A stretch of 64,000 nt of DNA, from NCBI RefSeq assembly GCF_009834535.1, contig NC_045697.1:114268001-114332000 (forward strand). Reading direction: 5' to 3'. This stretch comes from Camelus ferus. Taxonomy: Eukaryota. Within the stretch, counting starts at the first letter, position 1. Each line of letters begins with the position of its first letter. A model generated the notes under the pieces. The model was not told the origin of the DNA, did not search any database, and was given only the letters and a program-made list of their open reading frames with translations. The position numbers and the translations under genes were made by a program. Shown here one piece after another: positions 53,251 through 64,000 of this stretch.

Positions 53251-55954
53251 GTCCTCTAGGTGATAAATTTTGAGGGACTGCACAAGGGTAATAGGTAAAT
53301 AAGAGGGTAAGGACTTAAGGAATATTTAGAAGACCCCAAACACTTAGTGAAGCATAAGACTGATAATTTCTAGAAAAGATTCTTAGAAAATACGCATTGT
53401 TTATCCAAAATTAGTATTAGAATAATTGCATCAAGATAATGGTATCAACAACTTTGTTGTGATTTACAAAAAAAGACACCTAAATAATTGGTGACTTTTC
53501 TTGCTTTGTCACACTTCAAATTCAAAATATTCACATTATGGAAATCTTAATGTAACATTTTATAATAGCAGGAATAATTCATATATGTGATACAGTAGAT
53601 TTCTTAACAATGAAAAGATGCTCCGAGAAATTTGTTGCAAAATTTTTGAGCTGCTGAAGTAAAAAATATGCTTTTTTCTTACCAATGAAAAAATGGAGAT
53701 TGAAATAATATCAAATTAAATTAGTTGAACAAACTACAAATCTGAATCAGTGATTGCATTTAATGGTACATATACAGTTCATATTTCCATGGACACAGTT
53801 CATTTTGTTAGAATGTTCTTTTATAAGAACTTTCCATAGTAACATTCTGAGAAATGCATAGGTGATGGCTTGACATTTTTTTTTTAATGATTGCATCTTT
53901 GCTAAAATATATGAAGTGGTAACATTTCGTTTTGAGATCTGGAGTGTATCTTACTGTTATATTGACTGAGATTTTTTTTAACTTCTGAGTTGACATATTT
54001 CTTATAGGAAGGATATTATTTGTGAAGTCTCATTAAAAGTGCAGATTATTTTCTTGCCCTTTATAGACATTTTGATTCTCAACTAACAACATATGATTAA
54101 ATATCTTCACATCTTTCAACTATGTTTAAACAACAGATGAAAGTGTCATATATACCACTGCCTATAAATATTCACATTATCACCTCATATTATAATTAAA
54201 CAACTATATTTTAATACCATGTTTGAATAATATTTTGTAATGTAAAAATCTGTATTCCTAGTCTTTAAAACTTAAAATAGCACATTTTCATATACAGCGA
54301 TGGATGCAAAAAATAAAGTGCCAGTAAATAATGGTCGTGTAAGATTATCCAGCCTCTTTGTCAGTGTTTTTCAGTTTTTTAGGATCTTTAAATTTTTAGG
54401 GTTTTTAAATTTAAATTTGAAACTTTTAAAATTTTGATTTCAAACTTGACTCCTCAAGTTAATAGTCACTGACATGTCAGGATTTTTCAGACACGGCTGT
54501 TTATGGAGATTGTAGGGTTTATCAAATTGAGATTATTCCTTAAAGTCCAGACTATGTAGTCACTTGTTTTTTTTTACTTTTTTAGCAAAGAATTGCTGTC
54601 TTTTCTCCAGAAACTATTTACTCTCCCTGCTGCTAGAGCCAATAAAGCAGAATAAACTGTATCTGATATTTTCTTTCCCTGACACTAATTTTATAATTTG
54701 TATTCCTTGGCCTTTCCCCATTTTTTGATGCATGGATAACTATTCAAAAGAGGATAACACCCAAAAGCATGAACATTTGATTCTAATAGTGTGTAACTGT
54801 CGCCATAGAGATAGTCTCTGTTGAGAGAGTTTCCCTACGTTTAGAAGATTTTTAGTTCTAACAGTGTTAGTGGCTTTAAGGAAAAGACTTTTATGGACAA
54901 TTTTATCAGATTTTTTTCTTTTGATTTTAGCTGAGACTGGATTTCAGTGTACTGAGACTGACCTGTGCCGATTGGATTATTAAGAGCTTTTAGTTTCCTT
55001 GTAGAAACTATCAGAGACCTGAAATAGTTAGAGGTGGATGGAAACTATGTCACCTAGAAACCATACCCTAAGACAGAAATGGCTCAATTCACCACAAGGT
55101 GGGATTTATGAATGTACGTATAGATGGTGGAATTTGGTGTGAGTATTGCTTTCATCTTCCATCACACTTTCATAAATAGATGGGGACATAATTAGAGATA
55201 AGATGATATCATAATTGTTGCAAAGCCATTTATAATAAGTTACAGATAATAGAATCCAACACTGTAATAACTGAGGAAGGTACAAATCGTGCACCTTTGA
55301 CATGACCAGTTCATTGGACCCTGAAATCTATCTACACAGTTGAATGCATCATTAAGTCATGGTCAGAAATTAGTGGTGTAAATATATTTCTTAAATTTGT
55401 TGGTAGGTTACTCAGAGTGCAATACTGTCCAAAAAAAAAAAAAAAATAAGTCTACAGAGTGATGTGCTTGTTCCACATGCATCCCTGACCATATGTTTTT
55501 AATACTATTGTGATTCAAACAAAACACCTATTAGTGAAAGAACAGAATTATTTTGGGAAAAAAAAACTGTATCTGTCATGTGCTAGAAATAGTGGCAGAA
55601 TTTGCACCTTGTCGAGCATAACAGATAAAATGGTTCTGAATGGTTGCTTGCCAGCGATCTCAGTAAGTAAATTTACATATTGGATTCTACTAGAAGGGAG
55701 AAAAGAATCTTGTTTGACTCTAAACAGTCTGCTGCCTTTAAAAAAAATAGGTACCAGCTAAAACATTATTTCAGATGCAACTGCAGAATTCTTCATCTTG
55801 AAAAACTTGTCAATCTTACACTCATCTGTCAGTTTAAAAAACAACCTGTGAACTTACAATTAAAAGCAAAGTATAGTTACATTAATTCTGATTTGTCAAC
55901 ATTTCTGAGATAATGGAGAAAGAAGTTACAGATGTGGTAGATTTAAAATGTACC

Positions 55955-56915
55955 TGTAAGACATTCTATGTTCCTGGATTAGAAGATTTAAAATATAGTT
56001 AAGATTTCAATGCTACCCAAAGTGATCCACAAATGCAATGCAATCCTTACCAACATTCTAGTCGTATTTTTGCCAGAAATAGAAAATTCCATCCCAAAAT
56101 TCATATGGAATTTCAAGGGATCTTGAATAACTAAAATAATCTTGATAAAGGAAAACAAATTTGAAGATCTTACATGTCCTTATTTTAAAACTATAAAGCC
56201 ACTGTCAAAGCAGTGTGATACTGGTGTAAAAACAGACATTTGGAACAGAATGAAAAGCCCCCAAATTAAATCCTCACACATAAGGTCAAATGATTTTCAA
56301 CAAGAATGCCAAGACCATTCAATGGGTAAAGGACAGACTTTTGAACAAATGGTATTGGGAAAACTGGATATTCACATACAAAAAAAATGAAATTGGAGTC
56401 TTACCTTACATCATTTACAAAACTTAACTCAAAAAGAATCAATGACTTAGAAGTAAGAGCTAAAATTAAAAAACTATCTGAAGAAAACAAAAGACAAAAT
56501 CTTACAACATTGGATATGGCAATGATTTCTTGGATAGGATGCCAAAAATATAGGCAACAAAAGAAAAATAGTTAAGTTGGACTTAATCAAAATGAACAGA
56601 ACTTTTGGGCATCAATGAATACTATCAGTAGAGTGAAAGTCAACCCAGGAAATGGTAAAAAATATCTGCAACTCATCTATCTAATAAGGGGTTAATATCC
56701 AGAATATGTAAAGAACTCCTAAAACTCAAAAACAACAGAAAAGCAACCCAATTAAATATGGACAAAGGACTTTATACAGTTAATTCTCTGAAGAAGATAT
56801 GCATAAATCCAATAAGCACATAAAAAGAGATGTTCAACATCACTAATCATCAAGGAAATGCAAATCAAACCCACAATGAAATACTTCACACCTATTAGGA
56901 TGGTGATTATCAACA
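55955..56915 (+). mobile_element. Old L1 ORF2 fragment (decayed)
   Basis: 'ctacccaaagtgatc..aatgcaatc', 'aaactggatattcacat', 'gttcaacatcactaatcatcaaggaaatgcaaatcaaac'. Confidence 0.92.
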
Positions 56916-57036
56916 AACCAGGACCCTATACTAACTTATAGCTCTCCAGTATACCACTGACCACACACTGTTATAATGCTCTGTTTATTGTCAGGCATTC
57001 TCTGGTTGTAGGATGTGTTAGATCAGGGATATTACC

Positions 57037-57550
57037 TGTATTCAATGTCTACTGCTTCCTTAACACATTACCAAAAATGTATAGACTTAAAACAAGACAA
57101 ATTTATCACCTTAGAGTATTGTAGGTCAGAAATCAGACACAGATACCTCTGGGCTGAAATCCATGAAGTGCCAAGGCTCATTCCTTCTGGGGGTGCTAGA
57201 AATAAGTTATTTTCTTGCCTTTTTCAGCTTCTAGAAGCCACTACATTACTTAGCTCATGGCTCCAATCTTCCGTCTTCAAAGCAGGCAACTTTGGGTCAA
57301 GTCTTTCTCAAGCTGCCCATTTCTGGTTCTCTCCTTCCTGTCTCCCTCTTCCACTTACAAGAACCCTTGTGATTACATTCCCCCTCCCCCCACAGCATAT
57401 TCCAGAATAATCTCCCTATCTCAAGGTCAATTGGTTAGTAATCTTAATTTCAACTGTAACCTAAATTCTTCTTTGCCGTGTATCCTAACACATCATCTGG
57501 GTCAGGGATTAGGATGTGGACATTTTGAGGGGTGGGGTGTGGGTACCACA
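57037..57550 (-). mobile_element. MLT1D MaLR solo LTR
   Basis: 'cttaaaacaagacaaatttatc..gtaggtcagaaatc..ttcagcttctaga..cccttgtgattacatt..ggattaggatgtggacat'. Confidence 0.88.
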
Positions 57551-58537
57551 CTGTCCAAGTAGATAGCATATTCTGGATGCTTATTTTATGAATGCGCAAT
57601 CCATGAATGAATTTCAGAAGACATCAAATTCAATATGATAATTGCAGTATAAAGCAATGTTTGTGCACTGTCTATGAAAAGCATCGTGCAGGCATAGTGC
57701 TACTGTGTGAGTCAACACAATATGGCCTAGTGTAAATAACATGGAAATCACAAGCGAAGGACTGGAATTTTTTCTCAGCCCTGATTCTTCCTATTCTTGA
57801 TTTGAGAATGGTTAATTAATTTTTCCAAGAATCACTTTTTGTATGTTGTTTTGATTTATTTTCTCCTTGAAACATAGAGACTGAAGTAGGACCTGACATA
57901 CTTATTCTACACAAGTACAAATATCAAACTAGATAGTACATTTAAAAACTCTTCTTAAACCCTCCACACAATTATAATATTGTCAATCGAAGCTTAAAAG
58001 GGATGCTATCTTATTTCATACCTGAATTACTATCTGGGATGATTTGTCCTCGATTTGTCATTTGAACTTGAATTTAAGGATGCTTTAAATTTTAGGATAG
58101 TCTACAAAAGACATAAGGCAACAGTTTTCTTGCTCTGTGGAGCCCCATTATACTTGGTGTTTTTTTTTTAAAGAGAAAAATGTATTGGTCTGGCTACTTA
58201 AGTTTTAAGTACATGGTACATGGTTAAATTTTAAACAGAAGACAGAGCCACCTTTCACTGCTTTAAACCACTGCCAACCCTATCCTCCCAGCCTTTACAT
58301 TTGAGCACCTTATTTCTGCCTTGATCTAGGACATCGATGTCTGAGTCTGGGTCTTTGTCCTGATATGTGCCTTCAGTCACCTGGGACCCTGAGGAGACTT
58401 CTGTTCTGACCCTCTTCTATTTATATTTGTTTCCCATTTAAGTCATCTTTGCAAAAAAGTTTGACTGAGTGTGTAGAAAAGTTGGTAGTTAAATCAGCAA
58501 TGAATATTTTAAGGATAAAGTGATATATTAAACGAGT

Positions 58538-61532
58538 TGTAGAGGTTTGCTAGAGTTTTTGTAACAAAATGTCACAAACCTGGAGCTTAAACAACAGAAA
58601 TTTATGTCTCAGTTCTCCAGAGGCAAGATGTCCGCAATACCAATTTGGTAGGATTGGTTCTTTCTGTGGGCTGAATGAAGGCTCTGTTCCAGGCCTCTCT
58701 CCTTGGCTTGTGGATGGCTGACTTCATGCTCACATGGTGTTTTCCTAAATGCGTGTCTCTGTGTGCAAATCTCTTCTTTTTTTAAACACCATTATTGTGG
58801 TATGGTTCCTGTACAGTAAACTACACATATTTCAGATGTACAATTTGATGAATTTTGATAGATGTGTACACCTGTGAAATCACCACCACAATCAAGATAG
58901 CTAATATTTCCATCACTCCCCAAGAGGTGCAAATTTTGTACTCTTGAGTTCTGCCTTCCCACTTCCTTTTTCCCCTGGTAACCATAAGTTTGTTCTCTAT
59001 GTCTGTGAGTCAGTTTCTGTTTTATAGATAAGTTCATTTGTGTCCTTCTATTTATTTATTTATTTATTTATTTATTTAGATTCCACATGTAAGCGATATC
59101 ATATGGTATTTTTCTTTCTTTTTCTGGCGTACTTTGCTTAGAATGACAATCTCCAGGTCTATCTACGTTGCTGCAAAGGGCGTTAGTTTATTCTTTTTAT
59201 GGCTGAGTAATATTCCTTTGTGTGTATATATATTATACATATGCAAGTTCTTTATCCAGTCATCTGTTGATGGACATTTAGGTTGTTTTCATGTCTTGGC
59301 TGTTGTAAATGGTGCTTCTGTGAACATTGGGATGCATGTGTCTTTTCCAATTATGTATTTCTCCAGATATTTGCCCAGGAGTGGGATTGCTAGATCATAT
59401 GGTAAGTCTATTTTTAGTATTTTTAAGGACTTCCATACTGTTCTCCATAGTGGCTCTAATTTAGATTCCCACTAACAGTACAGGAGAGTTTCTTTTTTCT
59501 CCACACTCTCTCCAGCATTTATCATTTGTGAACTTTTTAATGATGGCCATTCTGACTGGTGTGAGATGGTATCTCATTGTAGTTTTGATTTGCATTTCTC
59601 TAACAATTAGTGATGTTGAGCATCTTTTCATGTGCTTATTGGCCAACTGGATGACTTCTTTGGAGGGATATCTATTTAGGTCTTCTGCCCATTTTTTGAT
59701 TGGGTTGCTTGATTTTTGATATTAAGCCATATAAGCTGTTTGTATATTTTGGAAATTAGTCCCTTGTCAGTCACACCATTTGCAAATATTTTCTCCCATT
59801 CTGTAGGTTGTCTTTTCATTTTGTTGATGGTATCCTTAGCTAAGTAAAAGCTTTTAAGTTTAATTAGGTCCTATTTGTTTATTTTTGCTTTTATTTCCAT
59901 CACTCTAGAAGCTGGTTCAAAAAAATATTGCTGTGATTTACGTCAGAGTGCTCCGCCTGTGTTTTCCTCTAGGAGTTTTATAGTATCTGGTCTTACATTT
60001 AGGTCTTTAATCCATTTTGAGTTTATTTTTGTATATAGGGTTAGAGAATATTCTGATTTCAATCTTTTGCAGGTAGCTGTCCAGTTTTCCCACCACCACT
60101 TATTGAAGAGACAGTTTTTTCTCCATTGTATATTCTTGCCTCCTTTATCGTAGATTAATCGACCATAAGTGCATAGGTTCTGGACTTTATCCTGTTCCAT
60201 TGATCTGTGTGTCTATTTTTCTGCCAGTACCATATTGTTTTGATTACTGCAGCTTTGTATTATAGCCTGAAGTCAGGGAGCATTATTCCCCCAGCTCCGT
60301 TCTTTTTCAAGACGGTTTTGGCTATTTGGGGTCTTTTATGTTTCCATACAAATTTTAACATTTTTTATACCAGCTCTGTGAAGAATGTCATTGGTAATCT
60401 GATAGAGATTGTATTGAATCTGCAGATTGCCTTGGATGATATGGTCATTTTAATGATACTGACCCTTCCCATTCAAGAACATGGTATTTCTTTCCATCTG
60501 TTTATGTTATTTTCAATTTCTTCCACTAGTGTCTTAACAGTTTTCAGAGTGCAGGACCTTTGCCTTCTTAGGTAGGTTTAATCCTAGGTGTTATATTATT
60601 TTTGGTGCGATGGTAAATGGGATTGTTTCCTTAATTTCTTTTTCTGCAATTTCATTGTTAGTGTATAGAAATGCAATTGATTTCTGTATATTAATTTTGT
60701 ATCCTGAAACTTTACCAAGTTCATTGATGAACTCTAGTAGTTTTCTGGTCACTTCTTTAAGGTTTTCTTTTTTTTATGTATAGAATCATGTCATCTATGA
60801 ACAGTGACAGTTTTACTTCTTCTTTTCCAATTTGGGTTCATTTTATTTCTTTTTCTTCTCTGATTACTATGGCTAGGACTTCCAAAACTATGTTGAATAA
60901 AAGTGGCAAGAGTGGGCATCCTTGTCTTGTTCTTGATCTTAGAGGAAATGCTTTCAGCTTTTCACCATTAAATATGATGTAGGCTGTGGGTTTGTCATAT
61001 ATGAACTTTATTATGTTGAAATATGTTCCCTCTATGCCCACTTTCTGGAGAGTTTTTAAGCATAAATGGATTTTGAATTTTATCAAAAGCTTTTTCTTTA
61101 TCTATTGAGATGATCATATGGTTTTTATTCCTCAGTTTGTTAATGTGGTGTATCACATTGATTGATTTGCAGATACTGAAAAAACCTTGCATTCTGGGGA
61201 TAATTCCCACTTGATCGTGGTGTAGACCATTCTAATGCATTGTTGGAGTCAATTTGCTAGTATTTTGCTGAGGATTTTTGCAACTATATTCATAAGTGAT
61301 GTTAGCCTATTTTCTTTTTGTGTGTGTGTGATCTCTTTGTCTGGTTTTGCAAATCTCTCCTTTTTATAAGTACATCAGTCATATTGGATTAGGGCTCCCT
61401 CTAATGACCTCATCTTAACAACTAATTGCACTTGCAAGATCCCTGTTTTCAAACAACGTCACATTCTCAGGTGCTGGTGGTTAAAATGTCAACAAATGAA
61501 TTTTTCTGGGGGACACAATGCAACCCATAACA
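58538..61532 (-). mobile_element. MLT1B-type LTR (58538-58780 plus 61348-61532) split by L1
   Basis: The halves rejoin at the duplicated tgcaaatctct(t/c)cttt; near-TSD cgagt/ccagt. Confidence 0.88.
58781..61347 (-). mobile_element. 5'-truncated camelid-type L1 (ORF2 RT to 3' UTR) with foreign L1M tail
   Basis: Frameshifted ORF2 peptides ([75 protein letters not shown]); TSD of about 17 bp. Confidence 0.96.
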
Positions 61533-63792
61533 CCAGTCACCACATCAAACACATTTTTAACAACTGGAGCACACAAATTATGCTCATAAGTAAGATGTAG
61601 AAAAAATAAATTTAAAAAAACCCTAAATAATACATAAATAAGATGAAACATAGTTGTTGGAATTTTCCTGTAAAAATATTGCCTTAAATGTAATTTGCAC
61701 AGGAATGCTTTTCTCCATAAAATTTAAAAATAATAGAGCACTTACAAGAGAGCATGATTACAACTTATTAAGGAGATTGTGCAAGTGATTTAACTAAAAT
61801 ATGCAAATAGATGAGGATAGTCAGAACAAAAGCAAGTCAAGTGTTTTACGTAGTATCAAAAATATACAAATAATCAGGCTTATTTTGTAGATCCATATTT
61901 TGTTAAGCCGAACAATTTTGATTTCGCATATAATTTTTCAGGTAGATAAAGCATTATTATTTGAGTTTGATCAACAGCAATTAATTTGGTTACCTTTCTA
62001 CTAGGAGTTCCCATTCCACTTTTATGCATTTCAATAAGCATTGGCATAATACAAGCTACAGTTTGATCAAGGTGTGTTACATTCATTATCCTGTCTCTGG
62101 ATCAGTTTCAGTGCCAGCTTCTCTGATTTTTATTTCATCCTTATTGATAAATACTTGTCTTCAGTGTGTTCTCTGAAAGAGTTAAATGGACATCCTCTCT
62201 CCATGTTCATTCAAGACTCTCTTTATTTTGTCATTGAGAAAAATCATCACTAGGTATATTTTGAATTATTATCTCACAATTATTGAGCCAAATTACATGT
62301 GTGATAAAAGCTTTTTGGTTTTCAAAAGCCAACAACATGAGGTGATGCATTGTCAGGATTATTTAGAGGTTAATGGCTACTTCTGAACACAAGGATTTTG
62401 TTCAGTTGACCATTTCCCTCTTATTTTCTCAGGTAAAATTGACACTCAAAAGAAAATAAAGTATCATACAAAAAACATAGTTTGTAAGTCATAAAATAAT
62501 CTATATGCATTCCTATCCAATACAATAAGAGAATATATGTGATATAACTATTATCAGATAAATAATGATCTTCCTCTTTAAAATATTATATGCACTATCA
62601 TTTAGAAACAGTAAAAAAAAATAGTTTTCTCATTTTTTATTCAGCCTCAATCAATATGATCATCTGTCCATCATATGTTCAAAAGAAGAATAGCACTGAA
62701 ATTTTAAAACTTGTTAGCCCTAAAGAGTCGATCCTTAAAATTTTGTCATACTGATTATCTTTAAATGTATCACATTTGGCCATTTTAAAATTTAAAATTA
62801 TAAAGGTTATTATAAAGTAGTTGATTCAGAAAAAACTGAAAATCACACCCTTCTTTCTCTATCTTTTTCCTTTAAAACCAATCAATGAATAGAAGTCAGT
62901 TGTTGATGTTATGAACTTATTTCATAATTTCTTTCTTATTATAAGTTCTTTTCTTATTATTAAACATTTTATGTTTCAACATAAAATAAAATAAAATAAA
63001 AGTTAATGCTGTTTCTCAGTTTCGAAATAAATATATAGACTTTGCTTAATTTTGTTAGGCATCTTTGATGCTTAATTTTAAATTTTTAATCCATCCTTTT
63101 AGTTTATTATGAAATATGACAAATATGGTGTTTGAGAGCTGCTTCATACTTGTGTCCAACTGGTGATAAAAAGACTCTGAAAAGTCTTATGTCTCATGGC
63201 ATTGTTGCAGAAGGAGCTTATAAGGTAGAAGAGTTGTCCCATGCTTCATGGCCCTTCCTTCTCTTCCTCTTCAGCTTCAGGTCCAGATTGCCTTCTCAGC
63301 TCATTCTCTTGGCTGTGGGCACCTGCCTCTGCATGAGACCACAAGGGGTGACTCACAGCCACACTTCACTTCCCTTTTCTTTAGTTTCCATAAAGCTAGC
63401 ACACAGTGCTGTACGGACAAACCAGGTATTATTAAAGGGTTAGATTTACTAAAGAGGATTATAAATTGATTACAAAAAGCGAAACCCTGAACTGTAAGTT
63501 GGACATTTCCCATAAACCAAAGCAGAAGCTTGCAGAGAGTCAGTTTGATTCCTCTGTGGATTTCCCTGGTCACCAGTACTGCTTATTCTACCTGCTCTCT
63601 GGGGCTCTAGGAAACTTCCTCCTTCTTCTCGGGTTCATTTTGTTAATCTTCACTCTATGGCTGGTGAGCTTCATTTCACAGGATTGTCCAGAGTGAACAG
63701 TGGACACCGCAAGGCTGAAGTTCCTTAGAGTACCTCTTCATTAACAGATGGGGCTTTATTCTTTAGAATGTCCAGGACTCAGAGTTTAATCC

Positions 63793-63793
<1 letters not shown>

Positions 63794-63841
<48 letters not shown>
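63794..63841 (+). repeat. (AC)24 microsatellite
   Basis: Direct reading. Confidence 0.98.
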
Positions 63842-63842
<1 letters not shown>

Positions 63843-64000
63843 AGATACCAGTAGGCTCCTATATCCACAGACATTCCTGCCAAGATCTAATTTGCAGCAC
63901 AAATTCTCTCACAACCCTGTTCAGATTAGGCACACCCTCCCATGGCTCTGTAGAAATAGGGGGGAAAAACCCAAAATTCTTGTAATTACTGTTTCTTGGC

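Noticed and set aside
54935..55098. Cryptic exon (polypyrimidine-AG near 54931 and 55003, AAG|gtggga near 55097)
   Set aside because: Does not encode FSTL5 sequence I recognise; such splice-like signals are frequent in long introns.
58928..61347. Functional reverse transcriptase gene
   Set aside because: 5'-truncated and broken into several frames by stops and frameshifts.
61880..62086. 68-aa minus-strand ORF as a processed pseudogene or small gene
   Set aside because: No recognisable homology, poly(A) tail or TSD.
62981..63001. (ATAAA)4 as a poly(A) site
   Set aside because: A simple repeat about 21 kb from the nearest exon, with no supporting terminal-exon structure.

Overview
AT-rich mammalian genomic DNA, almost certainly camelid (alpaca, vicuna or camel), judged from four tRNA-Ala-derived Vic-1-type SINEs and camelid-type L1 3' ends. 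The window lies inside FSTL5 (follistatin-like 5, + strand). It holds only two coding exons: 28738-28934 (197 nt) and 42039-42159 (121 nt), which together encode the EF-hand pair (exons 5 and 6 by human numbering, recalled). The rest is intron filled with L1, L2, MIR, MaLR/ERV1 LTRs, hAT/Tigger fossils and microsatellites. I see no new multi-gene system, and the short ORFs in the track are L1 remnants or noise. The most interesting observations are: (1) a REST/RE1-like site assembled at an LTR insertion junction; (2) a stop-free 318-nt exon 5+6 circle flanked by inverted repeats; (3) a chimeric L1 carrying an ancient L1M tail within one TSD pair; (4) a probable twin-primed L1; (5) unexplained inserts at about 9.3 kb and 30.9 kb. 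Repeat family names come from recalled consensus sequences, not a search, and repeat boundaries are approximate unless a TSD is quoted.
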